Source of the DNA: a virus
Taxonomy: Duplodnaviria > Caudoviricetes
Length of the DNA: 64,000 bases
Reading direction: 5' to 3' (one strand)
IMG/VR virus record: IMGVR_UViG_3300037067_013150
Coordinates: 11,169 to 75,168 of that record
Position 1 is the first letter of the stretch. Every line of letters starts with the position of its first letter. The notes under the pieces were generated by a model that worked only from the letters and a program-made list of their open reading frames with translations, did no database searches and had not been told where the DNA came from. The translations under genes and the position numbers were made by a program. This document shows positions 12,396 to 24,348 of this stretch, in pieces.

Positions 12396-13494
12396 TATTT
12401 ATCTCCTATAATTGTTTACTATATTCTTTAAGAAATTCACCATCAGATAAATTATAACAATATTTACATACATTAAATTTACCATGAAGTTCTTGATCTA
12501 TATTTCTAAAATCCTTAACAATAGCTTCTTTACGTCTACAACATTCACATATCATTTTATTTAATCCTCCCTAATTCAAATGCTAAAATGGATGCTTGTA
12601 TAAACTGCCATTCATTTTTAGTATATTCTTCATCACTCCATTTAAGATATTCCATAATATCTTTAATATTAATATTATTATTTATTAAATAAATAATTAA
12701 ATCGGGTTCGATTCTCCTTTCTGGTCCATTTATACCCAATCCTTCAAAGAATTCTATTGGACAAAAATTATATAATGATTCTAATAAATCATTATTATCT
12801 TTTTTATAAAATATATTTAAAAATACTATTAATTTATGTACATTAGGAAAAGTACAAGTATGACTATCTTTACTATCATATCTTCCATAATAATCATCAG
12901 AATAATAATAAGTAATATAATCAGTACAAAATTTACAACACCCTTTACCCTCTCCTAATTTATTAGATTTATATGGACAATCTGTTCCATCAATATAATC
13001 AAGTTCATTATAATAATTATAACTATCTCCATAATCAGTTTTTTTATAAATGTACATCTGCTTTATTCTCCTTCTTCAATAATACAGTTAATCTCTTAGC
13101 AGAAGATGTATTATACATTTCTTCACTAATATTATGATTAAATTTATATATACAAGGAAGACATAAACGTGCATACTTCTTGTCTGGTGTTGTTCCATTC
13201 CAAATATATGGGATATAAATAATAATTAAAGCCCATACATTTATAGGAATTAATTCCTGACAACAAGAACATTTAGTATTTTCATATTTTATTGGGGCAG
13301 TAAAATGCCAACCTCTTCCAGAGGATTCCTCTTTATCTAATAGATTACCAAAGTATTTAAGACAATGCATACATATATGATCATAAGCATTAGTCATATA
13401 TGGTTCATCTTTAATAATTGGTTTCTTACAATTACTACATTTTTTCATTCGTCTATTGATTTCTTCATGCATATAATTATCCCTTAATTAAGAT

Positions 13495-13524
13495 AAAAAT
13501 GCCTAGATAAGAATCTATCTAGGC
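13495..13524 (-). terminator. Intrinsic terminator
   Basis: GCCTAGATA/TATCTAGGC stem plus U-tract. Confidence 0.8.
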
Positions 13525-13827
13525 TAATTTAATTCAATTAATATTTATAAATCTTTCTTTCGTTGTACATCATCACAAAATATTAACCAATTATCTCTTC
13601 CACCACAACGTTCCATTGTTTGCCAGAATACTTCTTTCTCGTTATCAAAATCTATATATCCAGCAGTTTTTAAAGCATCTCTGGCAGTATATTTATATTG
13701 ATCATCATATCCATAGTTAAAAGGAACATGAGCTACAAGTTTATTATCAATATATACTTTAACACTATGATATGTATTACCAGCCCTTTTATCAAACCAT
13801 CGTTTAGCTTTTATAATATACATAATA

Positions 13828-14322
13828 TTAATATCCTTCTTTAAATTTAGAAAGTGCTCCAGATACTACCAATTTAATTTTCAATTCATTCCATTCATCT
13901 TCTTTTGTAATAGGAATAGTAAGAATAGTTTTAAATCGTTGTTTCTTTCCATATGAAACTTCTTTAACAATTAATTCATCTGGAGTAACTTCATACAAAA
14001 ATTCTATATCTCCATGAATTCCATTAGATATTCCATTAGATAAACAACCCATATCTACTATATTATAATAATCATATCCTCTGGATTTAATCATATGATG
14101 CATACACCATGCTGCTGCATAAGAAGTATCACTTAATCCTCTATTTCTTTGAAATGCAAATAGAAAAGGAATAAGATAAGGAAGGATACCAGAAGGATAT
14201 CCATCCATATGAAAATATAGTATATAATCTGGTTTCTTTTGAATACCATCTTTTATCAATCTACCAGTTTCATCTTTTTTTGTTTTATAATTATGAAATG
14301 TTACATGACTTCTTGTTGACAT
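13828..14322 (-). CDS. Phage hypothetical protein, MxTR...DGYP family
   Basis: MSTRS...LYFHMDGYP...HGDIEFLYEV. Confidence 0.7.
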   Translation of the reverse strand: MSTRSHVTFHNYKTKKDETGRLIKDGIQKKPDYILYFHMDGYPSGILPYLIPFLFAFQRNRGLSDTSYAAAWCMHHMIKSRGYDYYNIVDMGCLSNGISNGIHGDIEFLYEVTPDELIVKEVSYGKKQRFKTILTIPITKEDEWNELKIKLVVSGALSKFKEGY

Positions 14323-14473
14323 TATTTAACTCCTTTCTTATGTCTATAATTATTTTCTAAATCTTCTATTAGTTCATACATCTTTTTTGCTTCTTGAGGA
14401 TTTTGTGATTCTATGCTAACTGCTTTCCAAAAGAAATCATTTATCTCTTTATAAGGACGACCCCTTTCATTGT

Positions 14474-14881
14474 TCATTTTGTTTTCTCCACAAGAAATTT
14501 ATTTTTTATATCTTTCATGGTTTTTTTATACCAAATATTTGTAAGAAGTCTTTTTTTAGAATATGGTATTTTACTATAATCATTATCATCTTCTCCATTA
14601 CACTCACCATGAGTCTTTCTATAAGGACACATAGTACAATCAGAATTATATCTACTTGTACTAAAAAATACACAGAAAGGACAAACTGTTGGTCCGAGTT
14701 CTTCTTCACCCATAGTAACATTTTTATATATTATATTCCAAGCTCTTTTAGCCTTCCTAACACCAATAGTTAACATATATTTATGATCTGCTTCTATATA
14801 ATATCTTTTAATACGTAGTTTGTTTCTCTTTTTTTTCATTAACTCATCAAGACATAATGCATATACATTTGGTTCTTTCAT
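14474..14881 (-). CDS. Cys-cluster paralog family protein
   Basis: W...CPFC...CTMCPY...C motif shared with 25305, 25764, 27532 and 28239. Confidence 0.7.
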   Translation of the reverse strand: MKEPNVYALCLDELMKKKRNKLRIKRYYIEADHKYMLTIGVRKAKRAWNIIYKNVTMGEEELGPTVCPFCVFFSTSRYNSDCTMCPYRKTHGECNGEDDNDYSKIPYSKKRLLTNIWYKKTMKDIKNKFLVEKTK

Positions 14882-15501
14882 ACATCCTCCTTATTTAAGT
14901 CCTTAATTTTCATCTCCAAATCTTTAGCTTCTATATATTCTATATCATAGTTATGTAATGATTTAATCTTTAGTTTATATAATTCTCCTAAAAGATTAGT
15001 ATTATATTTTGTATTTTCAATAACTTCTCTTATAAAAATATAATTAATATTTCTATCTGTTACCATATGTAATATTTTTTTGTTATCTATCTTAATATAA
15101 AAATATGTACCTATTTTTAAGGTCTTTGCTAAATATTTTCTTTTATTAATTATTTCCCACATCTTCTTTCTCCATTCAATAGCATAGTTAGATTCAGTTG
15201 GAGTAAGAAGTTTCATTATTCTTTCTGGACAGTTATACATACCAGGTCCGCAAGACTCATCCATATCTTTATAACCAAAATTATAATAACCTCTATTAAA
15301 TCTAACTAGATAAGTAGCAGCGAATACATACTCTTTATTAGATTCAATATCTTGATATTTTATAGCTGCATAAGCCTCTTGTCTATTTACTAATGATGAA
15401 TCAAGTACAGTAAATTTAATATTTTCACTATCAGTTCTAAATTGCTTTTCAAAAAATTCTTGAATTGTTTTCCAATTTTTATAATAATAAGTCCAACCCA
15501 T
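14878..15501 (-). CDS. DUF6927-like phage protein
   Basis: MGWT...FGYKDMDESCGPGMYNCPERIMKLL...WR pattern. Confidence 0.55.
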   Translation of the reverse strand: MGWTYYYKNWKTIQEFFEKQFRTDSENIKFTVLDSSLVNRQEAYAAIKYQDIESNKEYVFAATYLVRFNRGYYNFGYKDMDESCGPGMYNCPERIMKLLTPTESNYAIEWRKKMWEIINKRKYLAKTLKIGTYFYIKIDNKKILHMVTDRNINYIFIREVIENTKYNTNLLGELYKLKIKSLHNYDIEYIEAKDLEMKIKDLNKEDV

Positions 15502-15962
15502 AGTTACCTCCTGTTTTATTTACTATAATAGTATAATCTTCTATAGTAGTATCAAGTATATCAGCATGACCTGTCTTATCAATAATATTATAATCCAATT
15601 CTTGGATAACCTCTTCAATTTCTGTACCTTCATCTACTATTGCAATAACTTTAATATCAAGATGAAAATAAACTTTTCTACTTGCCATGATTACCTCTCA
15701 AATCCTATTAAAATAGGTATATATAATGTAAGTATAGTACCTAATAATGCACCACATACATAAGCTATTCGATCATATCCATTAGCAATGGATAAGTCTT
15801 TAACATTATAAGTCCATATTATGGATATAAAAGAACTTATAATTATAGCTCCTATATACATCTTATGTGATATAAGCCATATATTGGCTGTAGTTAAAGA
15901 TACTATACCAAAAGCTCTTATAAATATAAATAATCTTTTCATGTATCCTCCTTAATTAATTT

Positions 15963-15988
15963 AAAGAAAAGCCCCTCCGAAGAGGGGC
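15963..15988 (-). terminator. Intrinsic terminator with UUCG tetraloop
   Basis: Minus strand reads GCCCCTC-TTCG-GAGGGGC-TTTTCTTT. Confidence 0.9.
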
Positions 15989-16677
15989 ATGATTTCAAAT
16001 CAATTATGATTTTACTACTACAAGTTTATTTGTAGATACATAATATACAACATCTTTTATTTGTTCAGATGAAAGATATTTCTCTGCCATCTTTACAGAT
16101 ACACCAATAGAATCTTGAAATTGTTTAGGTGTAACTGATTTCTTATACAAATTAATATCAATCTTACGAAGATCATTCTTTGATGTTATCAAAGAAAATC
16201 TACCTTGTTTTTGTATATCCTTAAATTTGATATAAGTAAGTAGTTTAATTCTTTCTTTCTTGAATTCGATAAGTTTCTTATCAATCTCATACAACTGTTT
16301 AAGATAATTTTTTTCAAACATAAATGTCCTCGATTCTTAGTTCTGTTTTACAAACAGAACAATAATATATTTTTTCTAACTTTTTTGTAATTGTTCCATC
16401 AAGATTTGTTTCCTCTAATACAATTACTTGATTAGGATATTCACATTCAGAACAATTAGCAATCTCTTTAACATATTTTATCATTTAAGTTACCTTTTAT
16501 TTCTTTTACTACACCATTAATAAATATATTATTGGTGTTATTATATTAAATTTATTTAACAAACTTTTATATGTTTCCAAGTTTTATTTGCTCTTATTCA
16601 TTATTTGTTTTATAATCAACATATCTTTTTAATTTTTCTATTTCACGCTGAGTCCATACTTTTTTCATTCTATTCTC

Positions 16678-18294
16678 CTAACTTTTTATTTCAATAATTC
16701 CTTTATTCCATTTAGGTACATATCTTTTATCATAATATCCTGCTAAAATAAACATGGTATTTATACAGGGTTTGTTTGGATATATTGACATTGCATCTGT
16801 AAAAGTAAACAACAAATTATTTGTTTTATTATATCTCTTTTCTTTTATATAATCATATAAGACTTCGTGTGAAGTTCCTCCACCACCATGTATTTTAATA
16901 TTCATAATTTTTGATACATTACCATTTTTAATTAGGTAATCATCATGTACTTTTGCATCGTGTGTAATAACACGCATTTCAGCACCGGGAAAAGACCTAG
17001 CTAAAGATATAATCCCTGTCATAAAGATAGATAAAGTATGAGGATCAACAGATCCAGAAGTATCTATAGCTATTAATACAACTGGATGTTCACCAACAAC
17101 AGATGGTAAATATAGTTTCTGACTTATATATTTACGATTAGGTTTAGACCATACAAAATCCTGTGGCATACTTCTTTGTATTTGTCTTGAAAGAATAGCA
17201 TACCAATTAATATAATTCTTATTATATATCTCAAATTCTCTTCCCAATCCAGCAGGAATCTTTCCTCTTTGCTTGGCATAATTATATGCAGTTGAATTGA
17301 TCCTATCCCAATCCTTCTCTGTAGTAGATGGTTGTGGGTTCGATTTCCCCTTTTCACTTCCTTTGCTATCCTGTAGTTCTTTATCTACATCTGATTCCTT
17401 TTTATCAAATTCATGAGTATCTAATCCTTCGGATTCTTCTTTAGGAACATATACCTCCAGATTACCAGTTTGTTTACCTTTACTCTTTGAACCCCCATCT
17501 TCACTTTCTTCTCCTTCTCCTTCTCCTTCCCCTTCTTTGTCTGACTTCTCTCCATCACCAGAAGATTTATTACCTTTCTTTTTCTTTTGTTGTTCCTTTT
17601 GCTTATCAAATAATCCTTTCTTTAAATCTTCATAGATCTCTTCTGAACTCTTTTTACTAATATCAGTTATAGTAACACCAGCAAATTCATATGTATCATT
17701 CTTTGGTACACATATCTTCTCTGGTGGGATTAAACCACTATTAACTAATATGTTATTATCAACAAGATCAATAGCTATATTCCATAAAGAAAAATATATC
17801 TTTGAGTAAAAAGATAGTTCCTTTCCTATTGGTATAACATTATTATGAGTTAAAGATACTATACCAGTTTTATAATCAATAATATAATCTACATCTTCTT
17901 TATAAATTGTATTAGTTAAATCATCTGCAACTACCATATGATTCTTACTAGGAATAAATTTTAATGTAATAAAGCTATTAGTTTTATTAGGAAATATATA
18001 TTTATCTGGTTCAGTTATAGCAGATAAAGTAATTGTTCTACCTTTACCTCTCTCATGATGTTTTAAAGCTAGATGTTCTCCTTCATGAGCTAAAGCAAAT
18101 ACTAACTCATCATCATTTAAAGATAATATAAATGATGGATTATAATATAGATTTCCATATCTATCTATAGCCAATGTTCTTTCCGTAGCCCTTTCTATTA
18201 TAGTTAAGTGTTCAACTATATAGGAGAAGTATGGCATACGGGAATACATTCTTATTTTGGCTCTACTTATTTTCTCTCTAGGTGTTAGTGCCAT
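16678..18294 (-). CDS. DUF2201-like metallopeptidase plus vWA-domain protein
   Basis: HEGEH (HExxH), WNIAID, acidic linker, IAIDTSGS MIDAS motif and GGGGTS; adjacent to a MoxR-like ATPase. Confidence 0.85.
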   Translation of the reverse strand: MALTPREKISRAKIRMYSRMPYFSYIVEHLTIIERATERTLAIDRYGNLYYNPSFILSLNDDELVFALAHEGEHLALKHHERGKGRTITLSAITEPDKYIFPNKTNSFITLKFIPSKNHMVVADDLTNTIYKEDVDYIIDYKTGIVSLTHNNVIPIGKELSFYSKIYFSLWNIAIDLVDNNILVNSGLIPPEKICVPKNDTYEFAGVTITDISKKSSEEIYEDLKKGLFDKQKEQQKKKKGNKSSGDGEKSDKEGEGEGEGEESEDGGSKSKGKQTGNLEVYVPKEESEGLDTHEFDKKESDVDKELQDSKGSEKGKSNPQPSTTEKDWDRINSTAYNYAKQRGKIPAGLGREFEIYNKNYINWYAILSRQIQRSMPQDFVWSKPNRKYISQKLYLPSVVGEHPVVLIAIDTSGSVDPHTLSIFMTGIISLARSFPGAEMRVITHDAKVHDDYLIKNGNVSKIMNIKIHGGGGTSHEVLYDYIKEKRYNKTNNLLFTFTDAMSIYPNKPCINTMFILAGYYDKRYVPKWNKGIIEIKS

Positions 18295-18603
18295 TGAATC
18301 CTCCTTGTATTAAATAAATTAATTGTTCTGCTAAACTATATATAGATAGATTCTGTTGTAAAAATTCAATTAAACTTTTTCCATCTATAAATAAATAACA
18401 TGAATTAGGTCTTGTAAATAAACAATTTTTACAATTAAGGTTATGAATTCCAAGACAAGTTGGTTGACCAAGTACTTTATTATTTAATATTAAATACATT
18501 TGTATAAAATTTTTATAATTCTTTTTTAGCATCATATTAATTCCCTTACTTTTAGTCTTAGGATAGAAAGTAGAGGGAGCAATTGCTCCCTCTCTAATCT
18601 ATA

Positions 18604-19749
18604 TTAAGCAGCCCCAAGAAGTTTTATATATTTTTCAGATGCTTTACCAACCAACTTAGCAGCAGTTTTAATTTCTAGTAAATCTATTAGCATATTTGGA
18701 GTAACTTCAATAGCATTACGAAGAAGTAATACTGCATGTTCATCATCAAATTGAAAGATAATTTCAAGTAATGCTTCAGCTGATTCCTTATCTTTCAATT
18801 TCTCATAATAACTAGAGATAGCAGCTATAAGAGCATACTTTTCTGATGTTTCAGTAGGAACATCAACATGCCTTGTTTTATATATCTTAGCTATATCATA
18901 TGTTTTTGACATACGTACAAAGTCAATAACATTCTTACCTATACTTGCACCAACAAATGAACCAATAAACATCTCTAACATAGGATAGTTTGATTCTATA
19001 AACTCAATGCCATCTATCTGTTTAGATGCTTTCTCCCATGTTCTTGGTGTAGCTATAACTGTAAGATCTTCTTCAATACTATCAGGATTATAATTATGTA
19101 ATAGATCATCTCTAAACATTAAAAAGTATTGAATATACTTATTAATATTATGAGTGGATGCATAATCTTCAATCCAACCAGTTCTTTCAGGATGACCATA
19201 GTTAGATACAAGAGGGATCATGAGTTCAACATGAGCTACCCTATTCTTCAATGGCATATCCATTTCATTAACACCAGCCCTATCTGTCATAGTATTACCT
19301 GCACCTATAACCAAGAATCCTTCAGGTACATAGTAATCACCAAGCTTCCTTTCTTCCAACAACTGATACATATTCTTTTGTACCGCAGGAAAAGCACCAT
19401 TACCTTCATCAAAGAATATGATACCTAATCCTTTCATGGGAAGCAAATCTGTAGTAAAATACTCTGCTGTCTTCCTTTCATAGTTAGGAACCATTAAACC
19501 TTTAATTTCACCAACATCAAATTGATGAAGAGGAATAACAATAACAGCAAAAGTATCATCAGAACAATCCTTTGCAGACCGAACAAACTTGAGGCCATGT
19601 TTCTCTGCATAAGCCCTACCAAATGCTTCTATGATAGATGATTTACCTACACCAAATGTACCATGAACCCACATTGGTAGTTTAGTTGTAAAACATCTGT
19701 CAACAATCATAGTTAATTGTTTATGACTAACTTGTATTACATCTTTCAT
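18604..19749 (-). CDS. MoxR-like AAA+ ATPase
   Basis: Walker A HGTFGVGKS, Walker B IIFFDE, GAGN, PLKNR and TPRTWE. Confidence 0.88.
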   Translation of the reverse strand: MKDVIQVSHKQLTMIVDRCFTTKLPMWVHGTFGVGKSSIIEAFGRAYAEKHGLKFVRSAKDCSDDTFAVIVIPLHQFDVGEIKGLMVPNYERKTAEYFTTDLLPMKGLGIIFFDEGNGAFPAVQKNMYQLLEERKLGDYYVPEGFLVIGAGNTMTDRAGVNEMDMPLKNRVAHVELMIPLVSNYGHPERTGWIEDYASTHNINKYIQYFLMFRDDLLHNYNPDSIEEDLTVIATPRTWEKASKQIDGIEFIESNYPMLEMFIGSFVGASIGKNVIDFVRMSKTYDIAKIYKTRHVDVPTETSEKYALIAAISSYYEKLKDKESAEALLEIIFQFDDEHAVLLLRNAIEVTPNMLIDLLEIKTAAKLVGKASEKYIKLLGAA

Positions 19750-19760
19750 TTAGTTCTCCT

Positions 19761-19789
19761 ATTATAATATGGACTAATTAAATAGTCAA
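19761..19789 (-). promoter_or_regulatory. Sigma70-type promoter for the AAA/vWA pair
   Basis: TTGACT-17 bp-TATAAT on the minus strand. Confidence 0.65.
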
Positions 19790-20275
19790 TAAAATTGGCT
19801 AAAGAATATCTTTAGCCAATAGAATTCACTACTTAATACTATTCTTTTTCTTTCTTTTTATCTCCCTATCATATGCTTTATGCCATTTATTAATCAAATC
19901 TAATTCAGCAACAAAATGAACACTTTCATAAACTGAAGGACCAAAATCTTTATAACCATGATATTTAATATAATTCCTCAATCGCATAGTTATATGTGGC
20001 ATATCATTAAATACTTTTGTTATTGTTTGTAATGTCCAACCAGCTATAGTATCAGTTTGTTTCTCTTCAAGATCTATATCTAATGGTTTAAATTTATTAA
20101 AAAACATTATTATATCCTTATTATAAAATTATACACTTTATTTAATCTGTCTATTATTGTTTGAACATATTCTGCTTCATCTAATATTTCTTCAGGATTA
20201 TTAATAAAGAGAGTAAGTTCAGTAATACATATAGATAATTCTTGAGCCAACGATTCTTGTTTGTTTAAAGTAATA

Positions 20276-21268
20276 CTATTTCTTTTTGGGTTTTTTCTTC
20301 TCATCTTTCTTTTTTTCCTCTTTAAAAAGATAATCAATAGCTTTTTCAGCTAGAGAAGATGCTGATAGAAGAATTTCTGGTTCAGCATCAAGAGTTTGCA
20401 TCCATTTATCTACATGAAATGCAGATGATTTAGGTACGTCCATACCAAAGATATGACAAAGACCAGCAGAACCAATCTCTACTACCAATTGCTCTTTAGA
20501 ATAATCCTCATCTTTTGTATCATTATCTTTATATCGTTTTAATATAGTAGGCATACCAGTTGCTGATATAATTTCTTTAAAAAGATCAATATAATAATTA
20601 TTCTCTGATACAAATCTAGTAATCAAAGGTATTGTAATTGTATTATCTAATACATTATAATAGGTTCGATTCCCTCCTTCAACCTTTTTGATACCAAATT
20701 TATTAAGAACTCGTTCAATGAATTGATCTGCAGATTCATTTCTCTTATTCTTTGATAGTTTATCTACAGACAATTCTTTTACAGGCAATCCTTCTACATC
20801 AGTAATAGGATATACAGTAAAGGCACGATAAGTCCATCCCCAAAAACCTGTCCTCTTTTTATACTCCTCATCTGTTTCCCCTTTCCTTTTTGGTTTAGGA
20901 AACCAAGCCACAACTACATAAGGAGTAGCATTAGGTTTAAGAGTTGCATTATAATCCTTCTCTGCATTACTTTTAGTAATAAACAAATCACAAGGTACAT
21001 AAGAAAGCAAAGGAACATTCCATCCACGATACGGTTTCAGTGTAGTATAATTCATCTTACGTTGCTCAATCCATTCTTTTTCTTGAAATGGAAGAACGAT
21101 ATCTTCATTAGATTCTTGTATACGTTTGGTAAGGATCTGTGCATTCATCCTCTTAATAACTTGCTCCAATGCTATTTGTACTTGTTGTCTACTCGTTGGC
21201 CCTTTATGAAGGGTTTCTCCTTCAGGAAGAGTAGTTCCTTTAGTTTCTTTTTCAATAGTTTCTACCAT
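20276..21268 (-). CDS. ardC: ArdC-like ssDNA-binding antirestriction protein with degenerate zincin site
   Basis: NYTTLKPYRGWNVPLL, FTVY...DVEGL, YYNVLDNTITIP...F, LFKEIISATG and YSKEQLVVEIGS are collinear with ArdC. Confidence 0.75.
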   Translation of the reverse strand: MVETIEKETKGTTLPEGETLHKGPTSRQQVQIALEQVIKRMNAQILTKRIQESNEDIVLPFQEKEWIEQRKMNYTTLKPYRGWNVPLLSYVPCDLFITKSNAEKDYNATLKPNATPYVVVAWFPKPKRKGETDEEYKKRTGFWGWTYRAFTVYPITDVEGLPVKELSVDKLSKNKRNESADQFIERVLNKFGIKKVEGGNRTYYNVLDNTITIPLITRFVSENNYYIDLFKEIISATGMPTILKRYKDNDTKDEDYSKEQLVVEIGSAGLCHIFGMDVPKSSAFHVDKWMQTLDAEPEILLSASSLAEKAIDYLFKEEKKKDEKKKPKKK

Positions 21269-21975
21269 ATTTATCTCCTTCTATTTTTAATTATATTAAA
21301 GGTAAATACATTTTATCTTTAACTTTAGCAACAATCTCTCGACACATTAATACACTAGCTTCATTACGCAAATCAAAATAATTATCAGGTAATTCAGCTG
21401 TTTGATGAATAAGTTCTACAACCATTCTCCAAAAAGCTTGTTGCAATGTCCTATGTTCATGTTGTAATTCTTCTTTAAATACTTTAGTAAGCATATGATC
21501 CGCACCATTAATTTTTCTAAACATATTTTTAACAATGTCTATACATTCTTGTTCTTCTTTTTTTTCGTCATACATGTTTCATCTCCTATTTTATTGAAAT
21601 GTATTATTGTATCAAATGAACCATCTCCACCAGTACTTATAAAATGTGTATACTCTGATTGTTTTTCAAAGTATTTTGTTTTCTTTAAGAAAGGCATCCA
21701 CTTCTCATCACTAGGTTCACCAGATGAAAACAAATAACATACATCACCAATGACTACTTTTCCAGTAGTATATAAAATAAATCTTTTTATAGCACACTCA
21801 TGAATAAATACATCAACTTCATATTTTCCTGGTTTAAGTTTAACCAATTTACAACATCTTTTTGCAGTAGCTCCATAATAACCACCACAATATTTTATAT
21901 AATCCAAATCAACAACACTTATATTACCCGCATCAACACCAAATACATCTTTAATAACTATATGATTTAAAAGTT

Positions 21976-22347
21976 TCATTGTATTGCCTCTTTTATTTGT
22001 ACAAAATCAACACATTCTGAATAGTAACCATTAGATTCACCAAACCAAGTTATATCTACACTACCTTTATTAGTTCTAAACTTATAAAAGGTCCATGTAC
22101 TGCTTTCAAAACTATCTTCTTCACTACCATCTTGACTTACTTCTTCAGCAGATATAATAGGTGAATCTATAAGATCCATTATATCTCCATGTATCTCTTT
22201 AATTTCAACAGATTCACAACAATCTTGTTCATGATACATACGATATTCAGATCCATCGTCACATCTAAATGTTAATTCATTAACATCTTGTATAATAGTT
22301 TTAATAACTTTTCCTATTAATTCAGTAAGTGATACAACATTTTTCAT
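21976..22347 (-). CDS. Conserved phage hypothetical protein (HEQDCCE motif)
   Basis: YHEQDCCESV...TWTFYKFRTNKG...WFGESNGYYSE. Confidence 0.65.
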   Translation of the reverse strand: MKNVVSLTELIGKVIKTIIQDVNELTFRCDDGSEYRMYHEQDCCESVEIKEIHGDIMDLIDSPIISAEEVSQDGSEEDSFESSTWTFYKFRTNKGSVDITWFGESNGYYSECVDFVQIKEAIQ

Positions 22348-23216
22348 AATACTTTACTCCTCATAAGTAATCTAGAAAAGCTCCTCTCCTGCAGTAGAAG
22401 AGCTAAATTGGATTACTCATGAGTTCCTCCTTTTATATTTTAATAATTTTATATTCATGGTATATCTTGATAAGATTCAATTGTATTATTATTTGTATAG
22501 TTATTACCATTATTATCTTTCTTATTAATTAATGAATTAGTTATGATTTCTTTTTCATTCTCTTCTATAATCATTTGTTGTTTCATGGCCTCTTCTTTTT
22601 CTTTTTTAATACGTTGTTGTACTAACCATATTTGTACTCGTCTATTCCATTCCTTCTGTACAATTTCTGTTGATATACCTGTCACAAGATCAAATTGATT
22701 TATACTTTTAGGAAGATACAAATATTTAAGTTGAATAATAAAATTCTGAAAAATATTATTATTAGCTGGTATAATTTGAACAAGTAAATTAGTTTCTTTA
22801 TTATAAATATAAGTATCATTTTGTACACCAATTACTTTTTCAATATAATTAAAAATAAATTTTCCAAAATCTGCTTCTTCAATAATCTTAGGATTATCAA
22901 TTGTACTTTGTGAAAGAATATGTTCTTCAGAAAATTCTATATTAGCTGTTGCTCCATTATAATTTTCTTCAAATGAAAGTTTTTCATTTAACTGTTTTTG
23001 CATATGAAATATACCTACATTATATTTATATGTTTTATAAAAATATATCATGCAAGTACACATAAAAATTATTGTTATAAGTTTATAAGCTATAGTCGTT
23101 ATTGACATAATTTTATTAATCGGATGCATAGATCCGAAATCAATTGCTTGTGCATTCATCTTGAGACCTCCATAAATAAATTATTAAGTTCAGTGATTAA
23201 TTAAATCAAAGTACTT

Positions 23217-23247
23217 AAAAAAAAGCCCTCTATTACTAAAAGGGCTT
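23217..23247 (-). terminator. Intrinsic terminator
   Basis: AAGCCCT/AGGGCTT stem plus long U-tract. Confidence 0.75.
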
Positions 23248-23271
23248 AAGTTCAAATGCTCTGTTTAAATT

Positions 23272-23787
23272 TTATATATTTGATTTAAATTGATGTTCTG
23301 AAACTTTATTAAAAAATTCTTCTATTTCTTTTTGTGTAGATATTCTATAACACAATCTAGATTCAGGAAGATTGTTTCCAATGTTTCCATCTATTCTAAT
23401 ATGTCCACCTTGTTGATAACTTTTAAGAATAAGTGGTGTATTAAGAGGATAATTATGAGAATTAGGATTTTTAGTGGGTACTACAGAAATAAAAGGAATA
23501 ATTGTACATGAATCTTTATATATAATTTTTTCTCCAATAACAATCGACAAAAAATCACAAGCAGCTTTTTGTTTACAACCAAAATTAACTTGTCCTTTAT
23601 TAAAAAGATCTCCAATATCTTTTGCCAACTTTGACCTATCGTCTTTTAAATCTTCTCTAGCAGCGTACAATTCTGTTCTCTTTTTTATAATATTAATAAT
23701 ATTATCAAGAGACTCTTTTTTCATATAAGTTGCAAGTTCTTTTTGTGATAGTGACAAATCTTCATAAAATTTCACAGATTTTTTCAT
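23272..23787 (-). CDS. HNYPL-family paralog 1
   Basis: HNYPLNTPL...DGNIGNNL...EIEEF, shared with the next two ORFs. Confidence 0.75.
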   Translation of the reverse strand: MKKSVKFYEDLSLSQKELATYMKKESLDNIINIIKKRTELYAAREDLKDDRSKLAKDIGDLFNKGQVNFGCKQKAACDFLSIVIGEKIIYKDSCTIIPFISVVPTKNPNSHNYPLNTPLILKSYQQGGHIRIDGNIGNNLPESRLCYRISTQKEIEEFFNKVSEHQFKSNI

Positions 23788-23803
23788 AATATATAATCTC
23801 CTA

Positions 23804-24259
23804 TTAAAGTTTTATATTTGCAATAAATTCTTTTATTTCTTTTTCAGTAGCAGGTCGAATAAATTCTAACTTCGTTGTTAAACTATTACCAAGATTACCA
23901 TCAAATGTAATACCATGCTGTCCAAATACTATTAGTGTTGGTTTATTCAAAGGATAATTATGACTATCTACTATTTTTTCTATGGGTACAATCATAGTAA
24001 AAGGTTTAAAAAAGTCAGTAGAACTAATATTAATAGGTTCATCCAAAACAATAGAAAAAAGTTCAGCAATTTGAGATTGTCTATTATCAAAATTATTAAT
24101 ATTTTTAAGAAAATTTTCAATCTCTAGTACTCGTTTACTTTTAGATATATTTTTTTCTTTTATATATCCTTTATATCCATTTTTAGCAGCCCATTTATAA
24201 GTGTTATTAATAATAATTTGATCCAAAGTAAGCTCTTTTTTAGGCATTTTAATCTCCAT
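23804..24259 (-). CDS. HNYPL-family paralog 2
   Basis: HNYPLNKPTL...DGNLGNSL...RPATEKEIKEF. Confidence 0.75.
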   Translation of the reverse strand: MEIKMPKKELTLDQIIINNTYKWAAKNGYKGYIKEKNISKSKRVLEIENFLKNINNFDNRQSQIAELFSIVLDEPINISSTDFFKPFTMIVPIEKIVDSHNYPLNKPTLIVFGQHGITFDGNLGNSLTTKLEFIRPATEKEIKEFIANIKL

Positions 24260-24348
24260 TTTTAAAAATATTTATCTATATATTTAAAATAGATAAGAAT
24301 GCCCTCCTATAAATAGAAGGGCATATATTATTTATTTTAAATTAATAC

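Noticed and set aside
17460-17600. Pyrimidine-rich low-complexity tract
   Set aside because: Encodes the charged Gly/Glu/Lys linker typical of DUF2201-vWA proteins.
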